NCBI GenBank assembly: GCA_026770705.1
Contig: JANJGN010000001.1
Span: forward strand, 68,510,001 to 68,574,000
DNA: 64,000 nt
Direction: 5' to 3'
Source of the DNA: Isurus oxyrinchus
Lineage: Eukaryota
Of the stretch, positions 25,779-39,100 are shown piece after piece. The translations under genes and the position numbers were made by a program. Each line of letters starts with the position of its first letter. The stretch's first letter is position 1. The notes beneath the pieces are model-generated. The model did no database searches and was not told where the DNA came from. It saw only the letters and a list, made by a program, of their open reading frames with translations.

Positions 25779-26294
25779 GAGGGGAATTTTACCCCTCAAA
25801 ACAGTTGGGTTCCGGTCATGTGGGCTGTAATTCAAAGGATCTCAAACCTGAACCTAACCCTCCTTCCAAACTACCAAATTTTGGTTCTAACCGAAGCAGG
25901 ATGAGGAGCAAGCAATTAATCTACTCCCAGGAGGCAAGTTTCCCATTTAAATATCATATTGAGGCTATGGACCTCACATTTTATTTGTCTTCCAGGTTTA
26001 TCCCTGGCCATTCCTCATTGTCTACTCACCTTGGTGACGCTGGCGAGTTGCTGACAGCTCGGGGAAATAGATCCGCAGGCTGTTAAAGCCAGAATTATGT
26101 TGATTAAAACACAACTTAATGAGCTATTTGAATATTTAACTACTTACCCGACAGCTGTGCAGAAGTTCTTCATTTGCCTTCAAACCTATGTGAATGAAAG
26201 CCTGAAGTAGGCTCCCAACCTGATGTAACTTTTGGGGGAGTTAACTCTTCACACACACCCTTACCTGCCTCAGCTTGTCTGGGAAAATTCTCCC
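25779..26294. mobile_element. Harbinger-type MITE
   Basis: Termini gaggggaatttt / aaaattctccc. Confidence 0.5.
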
Positions 26295-27400
26295 TGATTT
26301 GCCTATAGTAAATCTGTGCTGCCTGTCCCTTATTAACCCATGGTTTTCCAGGTGAACTAATTTTGCCCTTGATAGTGATCTCTAGTAATTTTCGCACCAC
26401 TGACATTAGATGACTGACACGTAGTTACCAGATTTATCCTCTCCCTTTTTGAACGTAAGTATAATGTTTATAATTCTCCAGTCCTCTAACACCAGTCATT
26501 TTTCCAAGGAGGATTGAAAGATTGTGATCAGAACTTCTGCTACCTCCACCTAGCTTCCCTTAGGCTACATCCACCCTGAACTAAATGGCTTGTTAACTTG
26601 TGAACTACACCCTCTTTCTCTACTGTAATGTTAGCTGCTTCCTCTTTCTTATTCAGTAACTCGGTAATGCCTTCTGTTAAGATTCCCTTTTGTCCTTAAT
26701 TGGCTCCAACATTGTTAACTATGCGTTTACTTTTATATGCTTTATTATTTATGGGTTTTACTTTGTTATTGCTAATCTTTTTTCTCACACATTCTTTGTC
26801 CTTCTTTTATTCACTTTCATTTTTCTCCAATCCCTCTGTATTTTACCAGGTTTTCTGTATATTCTATATTTGACATTTGGTCATGAACTTAAATGTCTTT
26901 TTTAACTGTTTAATTTTAACTTCAATTTCCTTTGACAACCAGGGAGCTCCAGCTTTGGATACCCTATCTTTCCTCCTTTTCTAACAATTTCTGCCTTGAA
27001 GACCTGACATTGCACGTTTACTATTTTTTGGGCCAACCTCTATTTCTAGCCCGCCTCTGTTAAATTGCTGAAATTGTCTCTTGTCCAGCTGGGTATTTTC
27101 ACCTTTGATCTTCATCTGTTTCCATAGCTAGTTTAAACCTAATTATATTATGATCACTATTACCTAGGTGTTCTCCCACTCAAACACACTCTAAATGTCT
27201 TAATTCATTTCCTAGGACTAGATCCAGCACTCCTTTCCTTGTTAGACTAGAAACATACTAATTAAAGAAGCTCTCCTTTATAAATTTTAGAATTCTTCGC
27301 CCTCCTTGCCCTTTTACACGGTTTCCACCCCCACAAAGTCCATTTTAGGGTAGTTGAGTTCCCATACTATTACAGCTCCATATGTATACCTTGAAGCTAC
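26295..27400 (-). mobile_element. Decayed CR1 fragment
   Basis: Minus strand contains GEHLGNSDHNII and PGNYVS..SVVRKLLE.IIK remnants. Confidence 0.65.
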
Positions 27401-27423
27401 AATTCAAGCCAGGCTTTGTTATA

Positions 27424-27565
27424 ATAAAATAAAAGCAAAATACTGCAGATGCTGGAAATCTGAAACAAAAACAGAAAATGCTGACAGAGCTCAGCAGGTC
27501 TAACAGCATCTGTGGAGAGAGAAAGAGAGTTAACGTTTCGAGTCTATATGACCCTTCTTCAGAGC
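27424..27565 (-). mobile_element. Solo Penelope terminal repeat with hammerhead motif
   Basis: Minus strand CTGAAGA-agggtc-atata-gactc-GAAAC-gttaac; imperfect flanking direct repeat aagccaggctttgttat / aacccgggttttgttat. Confidence 0.75.
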
Positions 27566-28544
27566 AAACCCGGGTTTTGTTATGCTTGCCTGCAACATTC
27601 ATTGTGATGTGTAAATTCTGCTGATAGCAGCATAAAGGCCTGTTTCTTTGAGCATTTCTATTTTTAAAAAAGCTAGCCTAAAGTTGACCATGTGCTTGCT
27701 ACCTTCATTGAACTAACAGGCACTGGGATATAAAGTTAAGATGAACTTAATTATTGAGCAGTAATGGATGCCATCATCTATTTGAGAATGAAGTTGAATG
27801 TATCTGTCTGATGGGATTAGTTTTTTCTCTGGGAATCTATGTTTGGGTAAGTGACAATTTAAAAACTGTGGCTGCAAATTTCCTTGGGGATTCACCTAAT
27901 CAGCCACTGTAACTTTGGTAGGAGATCATCAGGAATTCCAGATAGACATATAAACAGAGTGTTAATTGACTTTCCATCCAAATTACAGCAGCTGCTTGGG
28001 AGAACACCAGAGGAAATCCACGGACTATGTTTATTATACAACTAACATTTCAGCTTCCTTTGTTTGAAATTCTCCCCTCATATTGTATGGTGGCATTGCA
28101 ATGAGAGATGCATTAAATGTGCCTTTGTTCGGATCAACTGAATGAAGTAATTAGCAGCATTACAAGTACCACAGGTGTGGCTGTTTCCATATCTCAAAGT
28201 GCATTTTAAAGAAACACTTATAAAGCTGTATGAAATCGGGTGTACCGATTTTCATTGAAGCACTTGATATTTTAAGGAATATACAGGCTAAGCTTAGACT
28301 TCTCTCAAATTATGGAACTTTAGGATGCTACGGAAACAAAGATGATAGCTGTAACCACACATCTACAAAGCTAAATATGAATGAATAAATCTGAAATGGT
28401 TACAATTTAGATCGTCTATTGCAAAACTACTTTCGGGAAGTTTCAGATGGTTTTGGCAAAATAGAATTTTTAAAATTTTTGTATTTTTTAGCATGCATTA
28501 TTGCCTTATTGGGTAGATATCCATCAGTTTGACATTGTAATAAG

Positions 28545-28745
28545 AACAGAAAATGCTGAAAAAACTCAGCAGGCCTGGCAGCATCTTTGCAGAGAGAAAC
28601 AGAGTTAACGTTTCGAGTCTCTATGACTCTGAAGAGGAGTCCTACAGCCTCAAAGTGGTAACTGTTTTTCTCTCTCCACAGGTGCCAGCATTTTCTGTTT
28701 TGATTTCAGGTTTCCAGCATCCACAGAATTTTGCTTTTATCTTAG
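28545..28745. mobile_element. Fold-back pair of Penelope terminal repeats
   Basis: Left arm in minus orientation (acagaaaatgctg...gtttcgagtc), right arm in plus orientation (ctgaagaggagtc...cagcattttctgt). Confidence 0.7.
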
Positions 28746-30029
28746 AGTTTGAGATTGTATTTTGGCCCATACCTTGGTGATTTTTGGTGTTAATTATACA
28801 ACGAATTGGAGGATGGGAATTATTTACAATTCATCTTGGGCTGTTGCTAGGAGTGGTTGTCCCACAGGAGTACTGTTGTGACAGTTGGCTGGTTGAGGTG
28901 TTCTATTAAATCCACACAGTGGGGCACATACCAAGGGTGGTGAAAGGTTTCTCTGAATCCTTTGAATGGAGGGCACTTTACTTGATTGGCTGCAGACGTC
29001 TGTGATTGATAATTTAACAGGCAGAGATTTCACCTGATGAATTTAAAATGACAATTCTCGAATAAATACTGAGGTAGTCAGCACAACTGTGACTCTCCAT
29101 CACCAGCTGTAAGGCTGGGTATTTTTAAGTTTCTTGCCAGCTTGACAAGTGAAATCAGACTGGTATATGGTTAACAGCTATATTCAGAAAGAATGCAAGT
29201 TACATTTTTATTAGTTTACATATTGAGGAGTGGAGAGAAAATATACCCCATTATGAAAACTGTTTATTGTTCCTTCATTTATTTCACACAACTAAAACCA
29301 TTTGCTTGTTCAAAACTTGTGTTTCAATTTAGTAACTGTGCTTATCTGGTCCATCAAGCGTAAAGAGAGGAGTATTCATTTGGCAGTACATCAGTTCTCT
29401 TCAGGTCGTTATAACACATGAAATCCATTTACAGGAGTGATGAATGAAGCTGCAACCAAGAAGTTATCTAGCATTTAAAAAAAACACAAACCATTGTTGA
29501 TAGTTGGATACAGTGAAACTTGTTTTGGAACACTTGGTGGTATAATAATGTTTGTTTATCTTCTGGGACTTTCTTCCAATGCAATCAAACTGAAGTAATA
29601 AGGGATTCCCTTCCTACTCACAAATGAGTTTGAATGATGTCAGTGCATTGTTTCCAGCAAAATTGGTAGGCAATTAACTTCTTCTGAAAGGAGTTGAATA
29701 ATTATCCATTTTGAGCTTATTGGTATCAATATAGACTAAGTTAAACAAATATTCACAGCACATAATGGTTCTTGTTGGGGAGGGGCTGGAAGATGGACAG
29801 CATGCTCAGAATAGAGCAATATCCTAGAGTCCTGCTTGAATGTCTTTTTGGAACCAGGGAGCATTAATGAAGAATATTTCCAGAAGATTAAATGGATGGA
29901 ATGGAGTCTGTGACCCTAGGATAGAGGGGTCCACCATCTGGGGAAGTAGGGGACTTAATAGTATTTTGTCGTTTCTATCCTTTATGTATGATTGCATTTA
30001 TATGAAGCTTGCTGTGTCTGCTCGCCACA

Positions 30030-30972
30030 GAACTCCTAGCCTCTGACCTGCTCTTGTAGCCACAGTATTTATATGGCTAGTCCTGTTCAGTTTCAGGTCA
30101 ATGGCAATCACCAGGATGTTGATATTGGGGATTCAGTGGTGGTAATGCCTTTGAATGTCAAGCGGAGATGGTTAGATTCTCTCTTGTTGGAGATGGTCAT
30201 TGCTCGGCACTTGTGTTGTGGTGCGAGTGTTACTTGCCACATACAGCCCAAGCCTGGATATTATCCAGATTTTGCTGCATTTAGATATGGACTGCTTCAG
30301 TATCTGAGGAGTCGCGAATGGTGCTGAACATTGTGCAATCATCAGCAAACATCCCTACTACTGATCTTATGATGGACGGAAGATCATTGATGAAGCAGCT
30401 GAAGATGGTTGGGCCTAGGACACTATCCTGAGGAATACCTGCAGTGATGGCCTGGAACTGAGATGAGTGACCTCCAACAACCACAGTCATCTTCCTTTGT
30501 GCTAGGTATAACTCCAACCAGCAGAGGGTTTTCCTTCTTATTCCCATTGACTCCAGTTTTGCTAGGGCTCCTTGATGCCACACTCAGTCAAATGTGGTCT
30601 TGATGTCAAAGGCAGTCACCCTCACTTCACCTCTGGAGTTCAGCTCTTTTGTCCATGTTTGAACCATGGTTGTAATGAGGCCAGGAGCTGAGTGACCCTG
30701 GCAGAACGCAAACTAGTCACCAGTGAGCAGGTTATTTCTGAGCAAGTGCAGCTTGATAGTACTGTTGATGAACCCTTCCATCACTTTACAGATGAACAAG
30801 AGTAGATTGATAGGGCGGTAATTGGCCAGGCTGGACTTAGTCCTGATTTTTGTGTACAGGACATACCTGGGTGATTTTTCACATGGTTGGGTAGATACCA
30901 GTGTTGTAGCTGTACTGGAACTGCTTGGCTAGGAGTGTGGCAAGTTCTGGAGCACAAGTCTTCAGTACTATT
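30030..30972 (-). mobile_element. RT fragment of the tRNA-headed LINE family
   Basis: ORF 30281..30583 GIPQDSVLGPTIFSCFINDLP...MFADDCTMF. Confidence 0.9.
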
Positions 30973-31079
30973 GAGGTGGTCTTACAGAGGTGGCCTTCAT
31001 GATGGTGCACATATGTATTCACAAGATCAGTAGCTTGGGGGTCAAGTATGACAGCAAGTTGCAAACAATCTGGTTCAGC

Positions 31080-33620
31080 AATTTCGGGCTCAGCACGATG
31101 CCGAACTCTTCTTCCCCCGCCTTCATCTCCGTGCTCACTTCTTTGGGCAGGGGTCCTCTCCCCGTTCAATGGATCCTTTTACCCGCCTCCAATATTCTCC
31201 CTCCACCTGGACCCCTCCCTCTGGTTTCTTACCTTCTCTTGATCTTTTCATTGAGAACTGTCAGTGTGACATCAGTCGTCTTAATTTCTCTGCTCCTCTC
31301 ACCCACTCTAACCTGTCTCTCTGTACTTGCTGCACTCTGTTCTCTCAGGTCCAACCCTGACATTGTCATCAAACCTGCTGACAAGGGTGGTGCTGTTGTT
31401 GTCTGGGACACTGACTTCTACCTCGCAGAGGCTGAGCGCCAAGTCACAGACACTTCCTCCTACCTCCCCCTGGGCCATGACCCCACCACTGAACATCAAG
31501 CCATTGTTTCCAGGACTGTTATGACCTCATCTCCTCAGGAGATCTTCCTTCCACAGCTTCCAACCTCATAGTCTCCCAACCTCGGAAGGCCCGCTTCTAT
31601 CTCCTTCCCAAAATCCACAAACAGCACTGTCCTGGCAGACCGATTGTGTCAGCCTGTTCCTGCCCCACAGAACTTATTCCTTGCTATCTTGACTCCATTC
31701 TCTCTCCCCTTGTCCAGTCCCTTCCCACCTACATCCGTGATTCCTCTGACAGCCTACATCATAACAACAATTTCCAGTTCACTGGCCCCAACCGCCTCCT
31801 CTTCACCATGGATGTCCAATCCCTCTACACCGCCATCCCCCACCGGGATGGTCTGATGGCTCTCCGCTTCTTCCTTGAACAGAGGCCCGAACAATCTCCA
31901 TCCACCACTACTCTCCTCTGGCTGAACTTGTTCTCTCACTGAAAAATTTCTCCTTAAATTCCTCTCACTTCCTCCAAATAAAAGGTGTGGCTATGGGTAC
32001 CCACACGGGCCCCAGTTATGCCTGTCTCTTTATGGGGTATGTGGAACATTCCTTGTTCCAGTCCTACTCCGGCCCCCTCCCACAACTCTTTCTCTGGTAC
32101 ATCGATGATTGCTTCAGTGCTGCTTCATGCTCTCATTGGGACCTGGAAAAATTTATTAATTTTGTTTCCAGTTTCCACCCCTCCATCATTTTCACATGGT
32201 CCTTCTCTGACACTTCCCTTCCCTTCCTTGACCTCTCTGTCTCAATTTCTGGTGATTGACTGTCCACCAATATCCATTATAAGCCTACTGACTCCCTCAG
32301 CCCCTCACATCCTGTTTCCTGTAAGGACTCCATCCCATTCTCTCAGTTCCTTCGCTTCCGTTGCATCTGTTCTGATGATGTCACTTTCAAAAAACAGTTC
32401 CTCTGACATGTCTTCCTTCTTCCTTAACCGAGGTTTTCCACCCATGGTGGTTGAGAGGACCCTCAACCTTGTCCGGCCCATCTCCCACGCATCCCCCCCT
32501 CACACCTTCTTCTTCCTCCCAGAACCAAGATAGGGTCCCCCTTGTCTTCACTTATCACTCCACGAAACTCTGCATTCAAAGGATCATCCTCCGCCATTTC
32601 CGCCAACTCCAGCATGATGCCACCACCAAACACATCTTCCCTTCACCCCCCCGGGCGGCATTCCACGGGGATCGTTCCCTCCGGGACATCCTGGTCCACT
32701 CCCCCATCACCGCCTACACCTCAACCCCTTCCCATGGCACCTTCCCATGCAACCGCAGAAGGTGCAACACCTGCCCCTTTACTTCTCCTCTCCTCACCGT
32801 CCAAGGGCCCAAACACTCCTTTCAAGTGAAGCAGCGTTTCACTTGCACTTACCTCAATTTAGTCTACTGTATTGTGGTTTCCTCTACATTGGAGAGACCA
32901 AATGCAGGCTGGGTGTCCGCTTTGCGGAACACCTTCGGTCTGTCCCCAAGCATGACCCAGACCACCCTGTCGATTACCATTTCAACACTCCACCCTGCTC
33001 TCATGCCCACATGTCCATCCTTGGCCTGCTGCATTGTTCCAGTGAAGATCAACGCAAACTGGAGGAACAGCACCTCATCTTCCGACTAGGCATTTTACAG
33101 CCTTCAGGACTGAATATTGAGTTCAACAATTTAGATCATGAATTCTCTCCTCCACACCCCCTTTCCGATCCCCCTTTTTTCCAATAATTTATATAGATTT
33201 TTCTTTTCCCTCCTATTTCCATTATTTTCAAATGTATTTCCATCCATTGTTTTATCTCTACCTCTTAGCCTATTTCAATCCCTTCCCCCCACCCACCCCC
33301 ACTATCTGTAATTTGCTCGTCCTGCTTTCTACTCTTAATGTCAGCTATTAGCACATTTCTTAGCTAATATCACCACCATCATAACCTCTTTGTCCTTTTG
33401 TCTATGTCATCTTTTGGCAATCTCCACCTATCACTGGCCCTCTATCCAGCTCTACCTGCCCCACCGCCGCCCCCCCCCTTAAACCAGCTTATATTTCCCC
33501 TCTTTTCTATTTTTCCTTAGTTCTGTCGAAGAGTCATACGGACTTGAAACGCTAACTGTGTTTTTCTCCGCAGATGCTGTCAGACCTGCTGAGTTTTTCC
33601 AGGTATTTTTATTTTTGTTT
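31080..33620 (+). mobile_element. Penelope-like element (RT + GIY-YIG), frameshifted, nested in an L2-like fragment
   Basis: IKPADKGGAVV, MDVQSLYT, AMGT..GP, YIDD, YIGETK motifs; TSD tggttca(g/c)c at 31071-31079 and 33621-33629. Confidence 0.92.
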
Positions 33621-33790
33621 TGGTTCACCCTCAGACAGTTGCCAGGGAGAGGGATGGAGCTGGTAGCTAGGGAATGGAATTTGTGGCAGGGCTGAAAACA
33701 ATGATGATTCCCTATTTTTGATTTATTGATGACCATCTCATATTAATAACCTGTACCTCCGCACATCCCCACAAGTGAGAACTTTTTTCT

Positions 33791-34489
33791 GGGGAAGAAT
33801 TTTACTTACCTGACCCACAGCATGTTGGTCAGGATGCTTGCCCAGAGGCCAGCCTGATTGACATCCTGGGCATCCAGTTAGGTGGTGAGCCCATTGGTTA
33901 AGGCCGCAACAGCAGGTCCAGGGTGGAAGGGGAGGAAAAGGTTCAATTGGGCTTGGGGAAGTGGGGGGGTGGGGAGATGGGTTGTTTGCGGGGGGTGGTG
34001 ACTGGTGTAGAGAGAAAGGGCTTGATTGGGGGGAATATCATTGGAGGTGGGGCAGAAAGGGGTGGTACGACTTGGGAAGGGAGGTAGGGGTGTTGATTGA
34101 CCCTCCATCCTCCTGCTACCCCAATCAGGTGGGCTGCAGATCTCAGCAGATTGAGTGGTGTGGGGTATCCAAGGCCTGGTGGTGGGGAGGAAGGGAGATC
34201 GGAAGACTCATGGTAGGAGTGATGGTCTCGCTGTGGAGGGGTGAGTGGGTGGGTGATGGGCGTGAATTTTGGTGGAATGGGGCATGCCTAATCAAAAAAG
34301 CTTCTGAGGCAGGCACCTGGATCCGGGGTGGGGTTTGCTGTAAAGGCACTTACCTCCAAAATCCATACATCCTTGCCTCGATGAAATCCTGCACTCAGAA
34401 AAATGGGTTTGAATTGGAAAACAGATTTCTCAAACTTTAATTTCCCCACCCAACCCAAACCCATCTGTTGTTAAGTTAAAATTATCCCC
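33791..34489. mobile_element. Harbinger-type MITE with G-rich interior
   Basis: TIR ggggaagaatttta / taaaattatcccc with 3-bp TSD tct. Confidence 0.65.
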
Positions 34490-34494
34490 TCTGT

Positions 34495-34990
34495 GTTTAT
34501 CTAAACCTTTCCTAAAGACCTCTATTAGGGTACTTGTCAGCCTTCTCTTTTCAAGAGAAAAGAGTCTTGGCTTGTTCATCCATTCTTGTTGGTTATAATG
34601 TCACATTTCTGGCATTATCCTTGTAAATCTCCTTGAATTTTCTCACATGCTTCAACATCCTTTTTATAATATGGAGACCAGAACTGTTCACAGAACTTCA
34701 AGTGTGATCAACTGAGGTTCAATATAAATTTTGCATTACCTCTCCAATTTTCTAATCTACTCTAGGAATAAACCCGAATGCTTGGCTTGCTTTTTTAATG
34801 GCCTTATTAACCTCTGTCACTGCTTTTAATGATTTATGTATATGTACTCCCAGATCCTTTTGCTTCTCTACCCCAAATAGATTTGTATTTTCAAATTGTA
34901 TGTGGGCATGACCTCTTTATTTTACTTAGCAAAACGTAATGCCTCACTCTTATCTGGGTTGCCATTGATTTGCCAGATTGCCCACAAGGT
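34495..34990 (-). mobile_element. CR1 RT C-terminal fragment
   Basis: Minus strand contains the QFWSPYYKKDV motif. Confidence 0.65.
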
Positions 34991-35979
34991 GGAAGTGACA
35001 ATTCAGTGAATGAGTGAAGGCAGTTTAATATTGCAGTAACAGTGTCAGATTTCCCCAAGCTCATATTCAGCTGGCTGCAAGTTGATTGTGAAGCATTTGG
35101 GACTTGCTAAGACTGGCTGATGAGAAATGGTTTTCCATTGTATTGTCTCAAATGCTTCCCCCCACTCCCAAAAAAGTCCGATTGTAACTTTTCCGCTATC
35201 CTCCTGTCCACGCTACAGGTGTGAAAATATTTGAATCGCAATAAAAAAAAGCAGCATGAACTGATGTGGCACATTTGCAATTGTAGCAGCTCATTGTGCT
35301 AGAGAACAACCATTGGTTTGATTTCAGCACCGTATAATGTAAAGTAAGATGTGTTATAGGATTGCATCATTTGCTTGAGTTTTGTTTTATAGCACGCCTT
35401 GAAATAGAGCATCCTTCCTTCAGCTATTATATGAGAGAACCTTGGACCTCATGAGGTCAATGACCAGAAGTGAACTTTCAAACACATTGGAGCTCCAGCA
35501 CAAACAATTGCCACTGTTATTAGCTCAGAGTTTTTCCACCTCTAAAAATGCATTTACTTTCCCAGCTGTTCAAATGCCAGATTTTGAGTTTAAACATTAT
35601 GGTAACCACTACAGCCTTTTAAAAAAAAACCTGCCGGACTCCACATTTCTTAAAGGTAGAGACTTGCCACGTGAAGGGAAATTACGCCCATTCCCTCCCT
35701 TCCACCAATTTGTCCTTGGCGTAGCCGTTCTGAGTACTTCTGAGTTGGTCTTACTGTGGAACACAATTTTTTATGGTGAAATCTGAGGAAGTTTAATGGT
35801 GGGCAGAGGGTGAGGGGAGCGACTAAACTGTTCTCAAGAGATAGGTCAGTTGTTTAAGGATGTTAATAAGTCTATTGTAGAGTAAAGTGTTAATATTAGG
35901 AGCCCCTGATACTGATGTAAAACAGAACTGTTGCTTGTGGGGAAAGTGATGTCCCTTGGAGAGAAATGAGTGAAGCCAT

Positions 35980-38400
35980 TTAATAAGTAAGACAAAAAGG
36001 GATGCAGGGAAACAAAAGCCTGCGAAATCGAGAAAAAGTGCGCCAATCTTGAGATGCTTTAGGTGTGGTGGGAAAACCCTGCACAAGCGGGAAGAATGTC
36101 CAGCAGGGGGAGCTGAGTGCCACAACTGTGGGAAGTTCAGACATTTTAAAATAGTCTGCAGATCCAAAGTTCCTATAGCTCATAGGAAAAAAGAGATAAA
36201 AATGAAAGCAAGTAAAATCCAAGAAGTGGAAGAGCCACAGAAAAAACAAATAACTTTCTTCAGAGAAGTTCTGAAGCAGAAAGTAATTCCTGGAACATTA
36301 AATTAGAAGTTGATGGTCACCCCACGAATTCAGGCCAGATACTTGATGCAGGTGTTTCAGTATTATCTGATGAAGTTAAATGGCTTATAAATATCAATTA
36401 CAGCCATCCTGCATCCAGTTGCAAGGTACAGGAGGGACAACACTGAAAGTAATAGGCCAACACTTGGCAAGATTGTGATGCAAGTATAAAGAAATTGTGG
36501 AATCCCTGGTAAAGAACCAATAATGATCATTACTGAGCAGAAAAGCTTGTTTGCAGCTGAGGCTCATTTACAAGTTTGATGAAATTGTTGATGAGCATTC
36601 TCGTAATGTATTCAGGAATGAATTTTCCTTCCTATTTTCAGGCTTAGGGAAGCTGAAAACAGAATATCACATAACCCTGAGGGCAGATGCTTATCCTATA
36701 TGTCTCTTCACTGTGAGGACAGTCCCTCACCAGCTCTTAGACTAAGTCAAGAGTGAGAATGAATATATGTTACAACAAGGGGTCATCTCTCCAGCAACCA
36801 TATCAATTAAGTGATGTTCTGTAATGATCACAGTACCAAGTTCTAGTGCACTAGACTTGCCAACAATTGTAGTAGCGGACACATCATCTACAGGCTTGGG
36901 AGCAATGCTGTTTCAAGTTCAGAAAAATGGATAAAGAAGACCAGTTTATTAGGCCTCAAGATCTCAGACACAGAGAAGAGGTGTGCAACCATTGAGAAAG
37001 AAGCATTAGCAGCTACATATGCCTACAAGAAGTTCTCTGATTATGTTATGGTATTAAGGTTTAAGATTGAAACTAACCATAAACTTTTGGTTACTCTTAA
37101 CCGTAAGGAAATTGCAAAAATGTCACCTAGAATTCAATGTTTCAGACTGAGTCACATGAGATACGATTCATTTACTGAGTACATTCAAGGAAAGTATCAG
37201 ATAACAATGGATGCATTATCAGGAATACTAGTAGAAGAAGTCAAGCTGAAAGATTAAAATTTTATCGAGGAAGTAGAAGCATATACTTTGCTAATCACCA
37301 AACGCTTAGAAGTCACTGAGAAAAGATTATAAGAAATTAAGTAAGCACTTAATGATGATGATGAGTGCATCAAAATAAGAGAGTATTGCCAGAAAGAATG
37401 GCCAGAATATACTCTAAATAATCCAATATTTGGAACAAAGAAAACACCCCTCAACCATCAACGATTTCTCTAAAACATTTTGAATTGACATTCTACTGAA
37501 AATCTATCAAGGTCACTTAGGAATAGCGAAATGCAGAGCAACAGCTCAACAGTCAATTTGGTGGCCAGCCATCAGTCATTCCAGTTAAATGTTAATCGCA
37601 AATTACCTTACGTGTGCAGTGCATAGCCAGCAGCTGAGTGAGCCACTTTTACCATATACCTTTCCTTTGAGACCATGGGAGTGCCTGGTATTTGAGTTCA
37701 AAGGCAAAGCTTTCATCATTGTCATTGATTACTACTCCAGATGGTTTGAAATGAGTAGACTGCACAGCACCATGACGGAATCAGTCATTACACCATGAAG
37801 AAGAATCTTCACAACACTGGCATCCCGGATGTTGTGGTGTCAGACAACAGTTCTCAGTTTGCTAACGAGCTATTCCATAATTTGCACAGAAATTTTGTTT
37901 CACGCACGTGACTAGTTTGCCTAGATATCCTCAGTCAAATGGAGAAGCAGAAAAATTGATGAAAAAGAATGAAGACATTAACTTAGCCTTTCTTAACTAC
38001 CGAAGCTTACTGCTAAAAAAAAATAAATGGGTTCTTGCCATCAGATCTATAGACGGGCAAGTAGCTGTGAGCGCAACTCTCAGCTCTACAACAAACAGTA
38101 CAACCTAACATTACCTCATATGATCATGAAAGAATTAGGAACTGTGGGGAGCAACAAAAGGACAGTGATGCTTGTAATTTCAATTTTAGGCATAGAGCAC
38201 GAGACTTGAAAGTGCTGCAGCCAGGGAGAGAATTTGGATACAAGATCAACAGAGGGAAGGCATTATAATAGAAAGAGGTCCACAGACAAGATCTTATAGA
38301 ATTGCAGTGCACCAGGGAAATATCAAAAGCAACAGAAGAGCCTTTTGATATCATTGGGAAGGAAACCATTGCAACCTTGGATGTACTAGAAAGATTGGAA
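35980..38400 (+). mobile_element. Decayed Gypsy/Ty3 LTR retrotransposon internal region with most of RT deleted
   Basis: Gag knuckles CFRCGG..H...C and CHNCGK..H...C; protease remnant; RNase H ADTSSTGLGAML and IEKEALA; integrase IDYYSRW, VVSDN, YPQSNGEAE. Order is PR-RT-RH-IN. Confidence 0.85.
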
Positions 38401-38427
38401 TGAAAATAAGGAACCAGAAGCATGTCA

Positions 38428-39100
38428 GGTAGAAATTTCCCCCCATCAGGGGGGTTGTGCAGTGGCAGGCACGAACCTGATCAGGGCTGTGCCACCATTT
38501 TACATGTGTGGGCCAATTAAAGCCTAGAAGCGCTGAGTGTTCCCTGTGCAGGCAGGGAGGGGGAGGCGGGGGGTGGGGGGGGAGGTGGGGTGGAGATTCC
38601 CTGAGTTGGGGCCTGTGCTCTTTTGCGCATGAGTGTGAAAGTGCGCAGAAATCTCCCAGAGGCACCTCTGTGCCTCAGGGAGATTTGTTTAAGTTTTAAA
38701 CATCTAAATAAAGAAATTAAAAACTTTTAAAACACGTCCCCTCATGCAACAGTGTCAGATGAGCTGGGACATGTCAATGAATTTAAAAAAAAAAAAATTT
38801 ATTGAATTTTTAAACACTTCATGAAGCCTCATCCCACCTGTGGATGAGGTTCCATGAAAAGTGCGAAGGCTGCCACCTGGGCTCTTCGCTTGCCAGCCAA
38901 CCTTAAAGTTGGGCAGGTAGCTCATTTAATTATTTAAATTAGTTTTTAACAGACCTTAATACACCTTTGACAGTTTGGCAGGCACGCAGATCTAAATGAC
39001 GCACAGTGATGTCGAGGACGCCTGCCCAACATCACCACGCGTCATTTTACGTATTGGAGAGCAGGCCCCGCCCCCACTTGCTGACCCAAAAATTCTACCC
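38428..39100. mobile_element. Harbinger-type MITE (same family as 43435-44109)
   Basis: Termini ggtagaaattt / aaaattctaccc; colinear with 43435-44109, including the internal palindrome catgaa.cctcatcc...ggatgaggtt.catg. Confidence 0.8.
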
